DNA of 63,993 bases, counting the filler. It is 8 parts of 8 records of this genome, joined end to end, with 100 filler letters (N's around TTAATTAATTAA, not from the genome) between each part and the next. Parts side by side here need not be neighbours in the genome. Positions count along the whole stretch, not along the records: positions 28,982 to 39,733 come from SRR31147125_53158; positions 39,834 to 45,077 come from SRR31147125_53176; 6 more parts are not named here. One strand, 5' to 3'. A model generated the notes under the pieces. The model worked only from the letters and a program-made list of their open reading frames with translations. It was not told where the DNA came from and searched no databases. A program made the position numbers and the translations under genes. This document shows positions 31,945-42,059 of this stretch, piece after piece. Each line of letters starts with the position of its first letter. Position 1 is the stretch's first letter.

Positions 31945-33151
31945 GTGGCTCTCTATGAATACAACGCATATGATCAGCAGGGGAAAAAACAGCGAGGTGT
32001 TGTTGAGGCCCTGAGCCAGAAGGCGGCCAGTCGAAAGCTGAGAGGTCAGGGACTTTTCCCGACGCGGCTGGCGACCACACGAACCGCCCTGGGACCAGCG
32101 CAGCGGACCTTTTCCGCCGGGTCAGTGCCATCCAGATGGCTGTCGTGACGCGTCAGCTGGCGACGATCCTTGCCGCCGGGATGCCGCTTGATGAGGCCCT
32201 GGCAACGGTTGCGGATCAACTTGGTGGGGCGGAGCTGGGATCTGTTCTGACGCGGGTGCGTGACGATGTCCTGCAGGGGAGCTCTCTTCACGGTGCCTTA
32301 GGTGTTCACAGCCGTATCTTCCCGGCGCTGTACACCAACATGGTTCAGGTTGGAGAGGCGAGCGGCACGTTGGATAAGGTTCTGCTGCAGTTGGCAGACT
32401 ACATGGATGAACAGGCCCGCTTTTCAGCGCAGATGAAGACGGCATTGACCTATCCTCTGCTGATGTTTCTGGTCGGTAGCGGGGTGCTGGTTTTTCTGAT
32501 GAGTTTTGTCGTTCCGAAGGTTACGCGGATGCTTGAAGATCTGGACCAGGCCCTGCCTCTTCCGACTCTTCTGCTGATGGGGACAAGTGACTTTCTGGCG
32601 CGCTATTGGTGGTTGTTGCTGCTGCTCGGCCTGTTTTTGTTCTGGGCGTTCCGACGCTATGTCGCGACAGCAAAAGGGCGGCACTGGTTTGATCAGAAGA
32701 AGTACCGCCTCCCTCTGTTCGGCTCTCTGGCGCTGAGCAATGCGACGGCCGCTTCGCGCGGACAACGGCCACTCTGCTGCATAGCGGAGTGCCGCTATTG
32801 ACAGCACTGGAGATCGTCCAGAACCTACTGGGGAACAACTATCTTCAGCGCGCTCTGGAAACGGTCCGGGAGAGGGTCACGGAAGGGGCGGGTCTGTCTG
32901 AGCCGCTCTACGACGTCGCTGTTTTTCCATCGATGTTGGCACAGATGGCTGCGGTCGGGGAAAAGAGTGGTGAACTGGAGGGGATGTTGTTCAAGGTCGC
33001 GGAGATTTATGAGCATCAGGTGCAATCGCGCCTGAACAGCCTCATGGCTCTGATCGAGCCTTTGATGATTCTGGTGATGGGGGCGGCGGTCGGTTTTATT
33101 GTTCTGGCCGTGTTGTTGCCGATCTTTCAGGCCAGCCAGGGAATGGGGTAA
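31945..33151 (+). CDS. gspF: Type II secretion inner-membrane protein F (two frameshifts)
   Basis: Pieces 31945-32148, 32136-32801 and 32789-33151 carry TRQLATIL.AG, GEASG.L and GEKSGEL..EP motifs. Confidence 0.88.
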
Positions 33152-33224
33152 TCTTTCATTTTAGATGGATGCCGTGTGTGGCAGGGACGTTTATTCGATT
33201 GTTCATGATGGAGACGATACAAAA

Positions 33225-33662
33225 ATGCAATATCTGAAAAATAATCAGCGTGGTTTTACCCTGATCGAAATTATGGTTGTTGTCGTTATTCTGGGGATTC
33301 TGGCCGGGATTGTTGTGCCGCGTCTGCTCGATGAACCGGAGAAGGCGAGACGGACAACGGCCGCAACCCAGATCCGCAGTTTTGAAGAAGCCCTCGGCAT
33401 GTTCAAACTCGATAACGGCTATTTCCCGACAACCGAGCAGGGGCTTCAGGCTCTGGTTGTGAAGCCGACGGTTGGGCGGATTCCGACACGCTACAAAGAG
33501 GGCGGTTACCTTAAAAAAGTACCGCAGGATCCCTGGGGTCAGGCGTATATATACCTGGCACCGGGTGTTCACGGTGATTTTGATCTGTTGTCTTACGGTC
33601 CGGATGGGGAGTCGGGCGGCGAGGGAGATGATGCGGATGTCGCGAACTGGTCCCTCGACTGA
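33225..33662 (+). CDS. gspG: Major pseudopilin
   Basis: GFTLIEIMVVVVILG, PTTEQGL.AL and DPWG motifs. Confidence 0.95.
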   Translation: MQYLKNNQRGFTLIEIMVVVVILGILAGIVVPRLLDEPEKARRTTAATQIRSFEEALGMFKLDNGYFPTTEQGLQALVVKPTVGRIPTRYKEGGYLKKVPQDPWGQAYIYLAPGVHGDFDLLSYGPDGESGGEGDDADVANWSLD

Positions 33663-34146
33663 TCGCTCCGGATTTACCCTGATTGAGCTGCTGGTCGTGA
33701 TTGTCCTCTTGTCTTTGACCAGCCTGATTTCACTGCCTCTGCTCGCAGACCGGGGTGAAGGGCTTGAGCGGCAGACACTTCGGCGTGTCGCCGGAACCGT
33801 GAAGCAGCTCTACAATGAGGCGACGCTGACGCGTGACCGCTATCTGGTCACATTTGATCTGGATCGCAACAGCATGGAAGCCTTCCGTCTCGACAGCGAG
33901 GCGGGGCAGCTGAACAAGGAGCAATTCGGCCGGACTCTGACGCTTGATCCTTTGACGGTGAAAGAAGTCGACGTTGACGGACAGGGGCGCGTCCGATCAG
34001 GGAGGATCTCCTTTCGGGTCTATCCGCTGGGCTGGATGGATGCAACCGAAGTTGTTTTTCAGCGCGAGGACGGCCGAGAAATTCAGCTGGCGTTTTCGCC
34101 GTTGACAGGAACGACAACGATTCATGAAGAAGGCACACAACTCTGA
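33637..34146 (+). CDS. gspH: Minor pseudopilin H
   Basis: GFTLIELLVV prepilin motif; operon position. Confidence 0.8.
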   Translation: MSRTGPSTDRSGFTLIELLVVIVLLSLTSLISLPLLADRGEGLERQTLRRVAGTVKQLYNEATLTRDRYLVTFDLDRNSMEAFRLDSEAGQLNKEQFGRTLTLDPLTVKEVDVDGQGRVRSGRISFRVYPLGWMDATEVVFQREDGREIQLAFSPLTGTTTIHEEGTQL

Positions 34147-34516
34147 TCAGGGTTTTACTCTGTTGGAAGTAATGATTGCTCTGGCCATCATTGCCACGGC
34201 CTTGGTGACATTGCTCGGCTTGTCGCAGCGGACGATCCTGGTCCATGACCGGGTGCAGAAGTTGACCCGGGCGACCCTGCTGGCTCAGCAGCTGATGAAT
34301 GAAGAAGAGCAGAGGGCGGCGGGATTGGCCTCGGAGCAGTTGTTCCGGGAAGATGTCTTTGCGGAGCCTTTCGAGGACTTCCGCTGGCAGATCAGCTATC
34401 AGGACACTCTGATTACGCAGGTTCGACAAGTGACGGTGCGGGTTATCTGGGGAGAGCCGTCAAAGAATGAAGATGTGCAGCTGGTGTCATTCGTTCTCAC
34501 GGGAGGCAGCGGATGA
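34124..34516 (+). CDS. gspI: Minor pseudopilin I
   Basis: GFTLLEVMIALAI motif; operon position. Confidence 0.88.
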   Translation: MKKAHNSDQGFTLLEVMIALAIIATALVTLLGLSQRTILVHDRVQKLTRATLLAQQLMNEEEQRAAGLASEQLFREDVFAEPFEDFRWQISYQDTLITQVRQVTVRVIWGEPSKNEDVQLVSFVLTGGSG

Positions 34517-35103
34517 CACGAAATATGCGTGGTTTCACTCTGATCGAAGTTCTGTTGGCGATCCTGATCGGTGGCCTTGTGCTGAGCAGTATTTACGGTG
34601 TTTTCAGTTCGGTCAGCAGTGTCAGCAAGCGGCTTGAAAAAGAGGGTGAGCAGTTTCACAAAGTCCGTGTCCTTTTTGATCGCATCGGTGGTGAGCTGGG
34701 CAGTCTGCGCGCTGACCGGATCGGTCAGGCGACGATCCTGAGTATCGGCACAACCGATGCGGGGCAACCCTTTCTGGAATTTAACACCGAGCTGGTGTCG
34801 CCCGCCTACGAACGTTACGGAGGGGTCACACGCGTTCGTTATGAGGTGCGTCCGGACGATGAAACCGAGACCCTCTACAGGGAAGAAAAGCTCCTGCTGG
34901 TAGATCTGGAAGAGGAGGACGCGCGACCGTTTATCGACGGCCTTTCGAACTTTAAGGTTCGTTGCTTTTCCCGTGGTCGCTGGCGCGACAGCTGGTCGGG
35001 GCAAGGCTTGCCACAGCAGATCGAGATATCGTTCGAACTTGAGGCGGATAACGGCAGCATTCCTTTCAGCAGCAGTATTGTGCTGTCGGGGGTGAGCGGA
35101 TGA
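34513..35103 (+). CDS. gspJ: Minor pseudopilin J
   Basis: GFTLIEVLLA and W...W...LP motifs; operon position. Confidence 0.85.
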   Translation: MTRNMRGFTLIEVLLAILIGGLVLSSIYGVFSSVSSVSKRLEKEGEQFHKVRVLFDRIGGELGSLRADRIGQATILSIGTTDAGQPFLEFNTELVSPAYERYGGVTRVRYEVRPDDETETLYREEKLLLVDLEEEDARPFIDGLSNFKVRCFSRGRWRDSWSGQGLPQQIEISFELEADNGSIPFSSSIVLSGVSG

Positions 35104-36047
35104 AGACACTCAGAAATCAACGCGGAATGGCTCTGCTTCTGGTTCTGGTCGTGGTTGCTCTGCTCAGTTCGCTGCTGATTGAGTTTTCCTTCTCAAGTCT
35201 GGTTGATTTGCGCGGGACAGAAACCTTCCGTGACCGGACCAAGGCTTATTATCTGGCCAAGGGGGGCGTTGAGGCTGGACGGGCCCTGCTTGAGGACGAT
35301 CAGAATGGATTTGATCATCCCTCTGAGTTCTGGGGAGATGTCCTGGCCAATATTCCTGCCGGTGATGGAGATGTCAGCGTGGAAATTCGTGACCTGACAG
35401 GGCTGTTCAATATCAACTATGTTGCTGATACACAGGGGAATCCGTTGCCGGGGTACCATCGTTTTGTCTCCCTGTGTGAGGAGGTCCTCGCAATAGATAC
35501 CACTGAAGCCAGCGAGTTGGCTGATTCGCTGCTGTACTGGTTTCATGCTGACAAGACCGTGACGACTCCGGATGATTCGTATTATGCAGCACTTGAGCCG
35601 CCATACAGCAGGCGGGGCGCGCACCTTCTCAGCCTCGATGAGCTGCAGTTGGTCAAAGGGTTCTCGCCTGAGCGGTACGAGCGCTTGAAACCTTTATTAA
35701 GGGTTGTTGGTGCGGAACAGATTAACCTGAATACGGCCCCGGGTCCTGTTCTCTATGCCTGGCAATCTTCAGCTGCAGAGGGGAATGTGGCGATTATACT
35801 GGATCCTCAGGATATTGAGGCCATCGTTTCCTATCGCCAGTCGACTCCTTTTCGTGAACTTCAGGATGTCGCCCTGGTCGAGGGGATCGGAAGTCGCTGG
35901 TCCTCGGCCTGGTTGGGCGGCTCCGTCGGTGTGAAGGGTGAGATCTTTCGGGTCGACAGCCAGGGGAGGGTTCATCAGGGTGTTCGCCTGGCCGAGGCTG
36001 TTATCAGGAAGCAGGGGAACGAACTTTTGACGTTCAAGGTGGAATAA
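35100..36047 (+). CDS. gspK: Minor pseudopilin K
   Basis: RGMALLLVL, EL.LVKG and INLNTAP motifs. Confidence 0.9.
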   Translation: MKTLRNQRGMALLLVLVVVALLSSLLIEFSFSSLVDLRGTETFRDRTKAYYLAKGGVEAGRALLEDDQNGFDHPSEFWGDVLANIPAGDGDVSVEIRDLTGLFNINYVADTQGNPLPGYHRFVSLCEEVLAIDTTEASELADSLLYWFHADKTVTTPDDSYYAALEPPYSRRGAHLLSLDELQLVKGFSPERYERLKPLLRVVGAEQINLNTAPGPVLYAWQSSAAEGNVAIILDPQDIEAIVSYRQSTPFRELQDVALVEGIGSRWSSAWLGGSVGVKGEIFRVDSQGRVHQGVRLAEAVIRKQGNELLTFKVE

Positions 36048-36051
36048 CTTT

Positions 36052-37437
36052 ATGGCGAAACGTTTTATCGGTATCGATCTTGAGGGTGCTGATGTCAGGG
36101 TTGCGGTCCTGACGTCCGGATCAGGCAAGATAGATGTTGTCCTGGATAAACGGCAATATGCGTCACCGGAAGATGCTGCCGAAGCGATCATTGAGATCCT
36201 CGGAGGGAAGATCTCTCTTGGTGATCGCTTGATGACTGCTTTGCCTTGTCGCGTCGGGCTGTTTCGCCGGCTGCGATTCCCTTTTCGTGAGAAGAGCAAG
36301 ATTGCCGATGCTCTCCCCCTTGAACTCAGTTCACAGCTGCCGGTGCCGCTGTCGGAACACCTGATCTCTTTTCTTCCTCCCAGAGCCCGGGAAAATGATT
36401 ATGAAGTCGATGCCGTTGTTGTTAATAAGCTTGAGGTTGAAGAGCTGTTAACTCATTTCCCGGACCCAGAGCAGCACCCGCGTTCGATTAATCTGTTCCC
36501 CTTTGCACTGTTACCGGTTCTTTCTGAACGGGATGGCATTCTGGTGTATTGTCGGCGGCTTGAAGTCGTTGTCGCGCTGGTTTATGACGGTCTGGTCTGG
36601 GATTACAGATTGCTGCCCGGCACGAGCGAGTTGCAGGAGGACGAGGTTTTCGAGTTTGTCTCGCACCAGATCGGCCAGCTGGAAAATGGGATCGCTGTTG
36701 ACGGATTGCCCCTCTGGGTGATCGGTGCCGGAGTGACGGAATCTCTCCTGGTCAAGCTCTACCAGACCGACAGAACGATCCTCAGCCCGGCAGAAGACGT
36801 CTTTGGTGATGATCTCAGTTGCGAGATGGCTCCAGCAGCGCTGCTGGCCCTGATCGAAATGCGCAGCAGCAGGAAAGAAGAATCGCTGAACTTTCGCAAG
36901 GAAGAATTTTCCGCGCGTGGGCAATTGGAGGTTTTTCGAACGAAGCTGGTGGTGGCGGCATTGATGTTCCTGCTGGTTTTCATCGGTGGCGCATTGACCA
37001 TGCATATGGGCTACCTGCAGAAGACCCGTTCGGTCAATAACCTGAAAGAGCGGATGGAATCAACCTTTCACCAGGTGATGCCGGCAAATGCTGCGGTCGT
37101 TGACGTATCGATGCAATTGACGGCAAAACTGAATGAACTTCGCCAGCAGGTTCAACTTTTTGGTCTCGGAGGGCAGGGAGCCGCGACGGTCCTTCAGAGT
37201 TTATCGCGCAGTATCGATCAGGACCTTCGCATCGATGTTGATGAGTTCAATTATGGCGGCAAAGAGGTGCGTATTGTCGGCCGTGCGGAGTCCTTCGATG
37301 CGGTCAACCAGATTGCTGAGCGGGTTGCAGGTCAGTCCGTTTTTTCAAACGTAGAAATTGTCGATGCCAAGCTGGCGGCTGATAATAATCTTGTCAATTT
37401 TGAGCTAAGTGTCACGTTGAGCGGGGGGTTGTTATGA
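36052..37437 (+). CDS. gspL: Type II secretion protein L
   Basis: Actin-like N-terminus (IGIDL), LNFRK before the TM helix; operon position. Confidence 0.85.
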   Translation: MAKRFIGIDLEGADVRVAVLTSGSGKIDVVLDKRQYASPEDAAEAIIEILGGKISLGDRLMTALPCRVGLFRRLRFPFREKSKIADALPLELSSQLPVPLSEHLISFLPPRARENDYEVDAVVVNKLEVEELLTHFPDPEQHPRSINLFPFALLPVLSERDGILVYCRRLEVVVALVYDGLVWDYRLLPGTSELQEDEVFEFVSHQIGQLENGIAVDGLPLWVIGAGVTESLLVKLYQTDRTILSPAEDVFGDDLSCEMAPAALLALIEMRSSRKEESLNFRKEEFSARGQLEVFRTKLVVAALMFLLVFIGGALTMHMGYLQKTRSVNNLKERMESTFHQVMPANAAVVDVSMQLTAKLNELRQQVQLFGLGGQGAATVLQSLSRSIDQDLRIDVDEFNYGGKEVRIVGRAESFDAVNQIAERVAGQSVFSNVEIVDAKLAADNNLVNFELSVTLSGGLL

Positions 37438-37952
37438 TCAAGCGTCTCAGTCAGCGTGAACGGTGGATTGTCGGGGGAGGGTTGGTGGTCGTGGCCCTGG
37501 TGTTCGGCTGGTTTGCGCTGTTGGCTCCTTATTTGACGACTATGGATCGGTTGGATCGGAAAGTTGCGGCCCTGGAGCGTAATCTGGGCGAAGCGACCCG
37601 GATGAGTGAAGAGATCCTGCACTTGCGCGGTCAGCTGGCCTCTGCCGGAGAACAGCGGACTGGAGTTCGTCCCCTGTTCTCTCTGGTCGAGAGTTTGACC
37701 GAGCAGACAGGTGTCCGGGAGCAGCTGCTTTCCATGCGTCCTCAGCCGGCAACGGTTCAGGGAAACTTCCGTCAGCAGCTGGTTGAAATCCGACTGGAAA
37801 AACTGTCATTGTCTCAGTTGGTCAGGCTGCTGCACGCGGTTGAATATCGCAGCGGCGGTGTTCAGGTTAAATCGATGCGCGTCAAACCGAGGTTCGATGA
37901 TCGTTCTGCCCTGGATGTCAATATGGTTCTGATGTCGTTGGAGAAGCCATGA
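37434..37952 (+). CDS. gspM: Type II secretion protein M
   Basis: LSQRER plus TM helix; operon position. Confidence 0.85.
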   Translation: MIKRLSQRERWIVGGGLVVVALVFGWFALLAPYLTTMDRLDRKVAALERNLGEATRMSEEILHLRGQLASAGEQRTGVRPLFSLVESLTEQTGVREQLLSMRPQPATVQGNFRQQLVEIRLEKLSLSQLVRLLHAVEYRSGGVQVKSMRVKPRFDDRSALDVNMVLMSLEKP

Positions 37953-38824
37953 GCAGCTCTGTTCGATCCTTTTTCAATATCCGACCGATGGCTGGCAACA
38001 GGCGCCTGTTTCTTCTGTGCCTGATTCTCTTCGGTTTGAGCGCGCTGCTGTCATTTGCCTGGTTTTTCCCGGCAGACATTGTTCAGCGTCGACTCATCAA
38101 CGAACTGTCGAGCCAGACCGGCTTGCAGATGGTGGGAGATGACGCCTCCATGGTTTTCCCGATCGGTCTGCAGTTGGATCTTTATGTGGAGTCGCAGGTC
38201 GACGCGGTGGCCGATATTGAAATTGATGAGCTCCGTATCAGGCCATATTTAAGTACATTGTTTTCTGATGCGCCATCGGCGTCCCTGGAAGGAACTCTCG
38301 GCGGTGGAACCGCTGCGGCGGTGGTCAGTCAGAAAGGGCTTGAGCTGCTTGAATTGTCCGCTGTCGAGGTCGCGTCACTGCAGACGTTCAGGAATGACTA
38401 TCGTCTCAAGGGGGTTCTTGATGGTCGCCTGCGGGCCGATGCTTTGACTGGGGCATTGCAGGGACAGGGTGAGTTCAGCGCCGGGTTGCGCAACGCTGTT
38501 GTTGTCGGGCTGGAAAAGATTGGGCTTCCGACGGAGTTGCCTCTGGGAAAAGTTCTGATCAGCGGAAAGTTTAATAACAAGCGTTTCAGTATCGAACGGA
38601 TGCAATCGGAAGAGGGGGCTCTTGATCTCAGCGGGGGCGGGACTCTGCTGGTCGGAGACACGCCTGAGCAGACGCGCCTCAACCTGAATGTGAGACTTCA
38701 TCCGAACCAGTCGACACCGGGCGGTCTGCGCGACCTGATTCAGCTGACCGGCGTGCGTCCCACGACAGACGGGAGTTACCTGCTTCGCGTCGGCGGCACT
38801 CTGGCCAAGCCGGTTGTTCGTTAG
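37949..38824 (+). CDS. gspN: Type II secretion protein N
   Basis: TM helix followed by FP, beta-rich body and C-terminal GTL.KP. Confidence 0.8.
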   Translation: MSSSVRSFFNIRPMAGNRRLFLLCLILFGLSALLSFAWFFPADIVQRRLINELSSQTGLQMVGDDASMVFPIGLQLDLYVESQVDAVADIEIDELRIRPYLSTLFSDAPSASLEGTLGGGTAAAVVSQKGLELLELSAVEVASLQTFRNDYRLKGVLDGRLRADALTGALQGQGEFSAGLRNAVVVGLEKIGLPTELPLGKVLISGKFNNKRFSIERMQSEEGALDLSGGGTLLVGDTPEQTRLNLNVRLHPNQSTPGGLRDLIQLTGVRPTTDGSYLLRVGGTLAKPVVR

Positions 38825-38842
38825 CCGCCGGGCCGAATCTCT

Positions 38843-39546
38843 CTACTTCGGTTCGCGGATGAAGCGATAACCACGGCCGCGAACCGTACGGAAATACTTC
38901 GGTTTCGCCGGGTCCTCCTCAAAGTACTTTCTCAGCCTGACGACAAAGTTATCGAGCGTCCGTGTCTCGGTTTTCGGAGACAGGTCCCAGACTTTTTCAG
39001 AATTTCACCGCGGGACAGAACCTTGCCTTCGTGGCTGAAGAAGAGGTTGATCATTTTGACTTCAAGTTCGGTCAGCTGAATGGTTCCATGAATCGTCTCG
39101 GCCTGATGCGATTCAAGATCAATCCGATTGTCGCCGAAACAGATCTCATCGGCTGGTTGTGGCAACTCCTGCCAGTTGGAGCGGCGCAGCAGGGCTGCAA
39201 CCCGAAGCAGAAACTCTTTGAGATTGAACGGTTTGGTCAGGTAGTCATCCGCCCCTGTGCTGAGCCCGTTGATCCGATCCTGATCCGCTCCTCGCGCCGT
39301 CAGCATCAACACCGGAACCCGGCTCCCGGATTCTCTCAGCTTCTGACAGACATCGAGTCCGTCAATCCCCGGCAGCATCAGATCGAGAATGACAAGAGCG
39401 AAGCTTTTTTGCTGGAGCAGATCAAGGGCCTGCTCGCCGCTGGTCGCATGGGTCACCTGGTAGCCTTCCTCAGTCAGATTGAAAACCAGTCCCTGGGCGA
39501 TGTGTGGTTCATCCTCAACCAGCAGTAGGGGAGTCTGTTCAGTCAT
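38843..39546 (-). CDS. OmpR-family response regulator (frameshift near 38995)
   Basis: VEDE, LDLMLP and GADDYLTKPF motifs; corrected end TRTLDNFVVRLRKYFE..TVRGRGYRF. Confidence 0.9.
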
Positions 39547-39733
39547 CCAGACCCTCCGTTGCAATCAGAGGAAATGTCATGTGGAAATTTGTTCCCCGGC
39601 CCGGCCCCGGGCTGTCGACCCAGACTTTGCCCCCGTGCAGACGGATGACGTTGCGGACGATGAACAGCCCCAGTCCGCTGCCCCGGATTGTCCGACCGCT
39701 ACGCCTGATGCGGTAGAACATGCGGAAAACTTT
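39539..39733 (-). CDS. Sensor histidine kinase, C-terminal fragment
   Basis: FYR..GSGLGLFIV..HGG.V...G.G.GT.F motif. Confidence 0.85.
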   Translation of the reverse strand, partial: KVFRMFYRIRRSGRTIRGSGLGLFIVRNVIRLHGGKVWVDSPGPGRGTNFHMTFPLIATEGLDD

Positions 39734-39833
39734 NNNNNNNNNNNNNNNNNNNNNNNNNNNNNNNNNNNNNNNNNNNNTTAATTAATTAANNNNNNNNNNN
39801 NNNNNNNNNNNNNNNNNNNNNNNNNNNNNNNNN
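39734..39833. other. Artificial contig spacer
   Basis: N run with TTAATTAATTAA. Confidence 0.98.
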
Positions 39834-40637
39834 GAACAGGTGGGGCTCGGCTCCTCCTCCTCTCTGACCCTGGCGGTGGTCACCGCCCTCAAGCAGCTTT
39901 ACGAATTTGATATTTCCGATATTCAGCTGGTCGAATCCGCCCGCCTGGCGGAGATGAAGTTCATGAAAAAGGATCCCGGCCTGACAGCCTGCACCATTTC
40001 CTACTATTCCAGAGAGGGACAGGCTCTTCTTATCGATACCAGAACCATGGACATGAGCTATATCGATATGGATTTTTCTCCCATTGAACTTCTTGTCACC
40101 GATTCCCATGTGCCCAACGGGAACGGATACGGAGAGACCGATGAGCTCAGAAAGGACTACGAAGTCTGTCAGACCATACTGAATCAGCAGAAAAAAAGCA
40201 TGTCCCTGCGGGATCTGACGGCCGCCGACCTCCGGTCCGGTCTCGGCGGACTTCCCGAAGGCGTCAGACGGCGCTGTCTGCATATTGTGGAAGAGAACCA
40301 GCGGGTCAGGGAGATGAGTACCGCCCTGGAGATCCGGGATCTGACGACCGTGGGGAAACTGATGAACCGGTCTCATGAAAGCCTGAGGGATCTTCTCGAA
40401 ATATCCTGTCCCGAACTGGACTGGCTGGTCAAGCGTGCCAATGAAACCAGCGGTGTTCTGGGGGCCAGAATGGTGGGGAACGGATTCGGCGGGTGTACAA
40501 TCAACCTGATAAATGCTAATAATATTCCATTATACGACGAGCACCTGGAAGAGTATGACCGGATTTTCGGCTTCAAGGCCGATCACTTTATCTGCACTCC
40601 CGCGGCAGGTGTCAAATATCTGAAAAACAGCAGGTAA
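39834..40637 (+). CDS. galK: Galactokinase-like GHMP kinase (5' truncated)
   Basis: GLGSSS, H...EN.RV, SH.SLRD..E.S.PELD and GARM.G.GFGGC motifs; the GxMDQ motif is degenerate. Confidence 0.75.
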   Translation, partial: EQVGLGSSSSLTLAVVTALKQLYEFDISDIQLVESARLAEMKFMKKDPGLTACTISYYSREGQALLIDTRTMDMSYIDMDFSPIELLVTDSHVPNGNGYGETDELRKDYEVCQTILNQQKKSMSLRDLTAADLRSGLGGLPEGVRRRCLHIVEENQRVREMSTALEIRDLTTVGKLMNRSHESLRDLLEISCPELDWLVKRANETSGVLGARMVGNGFGGCTINLINANNIPLYDEHLEEYDRIFGFKADHFICTPAAGVKYLKNSR

Positions 40638-40644
40638 CAATACA

Positions 40645-41391
40645 ATGAAAATACTGATAACCAACGATGACGGGATTCAGAGTCCCGGTCTGCAGATCCT
40701 GAAGGACGTTCTGTCCTCACGCCATGAAGTCTGGGTTATGGCTCCCGACGGAGACCAGGGCGGCTACTCCCAATCCATCACCCTGCGGGATCCCGTAAAG
40801 ATCACATGCGTCGATTCCCGTTCCTATGCCTGCAGCGGTACGCCTGTCGACTGTGTTGTCTACGGTCTGGGCGGATTTCTGGATGTGGAATTCGACTTGG
40901 TTCTGTCGGGAATCAATCTCGGTCCGAATCTGGGAACCGATCTCCTCTACTCGGGTACGGCCGCCGCAGCCCGGCAGGGCGCTCTGAAAAAGGTCCCCTC
41001 CCTGGCGCTCTCTCTGGACCGGTTTCTGCCCCTTACGATTTCACCGTCATTTCCGAGTACCTCCTGGAGAATCTGGAGGAGCTGGTCTCTCACTGGGAGG
41101 ACAGCTGCTTTCTGAATATGAACTTCCCCGGGGAGATGAATGAGGATTCCTGTCTGGAGTGGACCAGGCCGGCGGTACGAAACTATCAGGACGAAATCGT
41201 TCAGTTTCAGCCCCCGGGACAGCGGAACCTACTGCTTCCTGAAAGGCAGCCTGATTACCTCGGAAGAGGAGGAAGGCACCGATGCCCTGGCTGTTAAACG
41301 GGGCAATATCGCCATTTCCGCCGTCCGACTGTCTCCCGCCATTGTTCCCCATATCGGCCGGGTGCCCGACAGTGCGGGGGTCTGCAGCTGA
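40645..41391 (+). CDS. surE: 5'/3'-nucleotidase SurE (frameshifted)
   Basis: ILITNDDG, GTPVDC and SGINLGPNLG...YSGT motifs; C-terminus split over other frames. Confidence 0.88.
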
Positions 41392-42059
41392 TGACTCCGC
41401 GGGAAGACGGTCTGAGCCTGTATAAAAGCGGTCTCTACCAGGATGCCCTGGACGCTTTTCTTACTGAAGATATTGATCCGGTGGAAGATCCGGAACTCTC
41501 CTATCTTATGGGGCTCTGCTATACCCGCCTGAATGAGTACAATGCCGCCATTTTTTATCTGGAGAAGTCTCTGGAGTATGATCCCTCGTTTATCCGGGTG
41601 TATCAGACCAGAATGGTTCTCAGTTTTATCTACAATCTGACCGGGAATTATTCCGGGGCCGAGAACCAGCTGAGGAAGATCCTGGATGACGGATTCGAAT
41701 CCTCCCAGGTCTTCACCTCTCTGGGATTCGCCCTCTGGAATCAGGGCAAGATTCAGGATTCCCTGGATTTTCTGACCCGTTCCCTGGAACTGGATCCCGA
41801 AAATCCCAATACCCTGAATTCCCTGGGTTATATCATGGCCGAGGAGGGGATCAATCCCGAGAAGGCCGAGGAGTACTGCCGGAAGGCCGTTTCCCTGAAT
41901 CCGATCAATCCGAACTACCTGGATTCTCTCGCCTGGGCTCTCTTCCGGATAGGGAAGTACGGAGAAGCCAGGGAGTATCTGAACAGGGCCCTGAATGAGG
42001 ATGACGATCCGGTCTTCCGGGAACATCTCAGTATAGTTAACCGTTATGAAAAGATATAG
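41391..42059 (+). CDS. TPR repeat protein
   Basis: Repeated TPR units (LGLCY, LELDPEN, NSLGY, YLDSLAW). Confidence 0.88.
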   Translation: MTPREDGLSLYKSGLYQDALDAFLTEDIDPVEDPELSYLMGLCYTRLNEYNAAIFYLEKSLEYDPSFIRVYQTRMVLSFIYNLTGNYSGAENQLRKILDDGFESSQVFTSLGFALWNQGKIQDSLDFLTRSLELDPENPNTLNSLGYIMAEEGINPEKAEEYCRKAVSLNPINPNYLDSLAWALFRIGKYGEAREYLNRALNEDDDPVFREHLSIVNRYEKI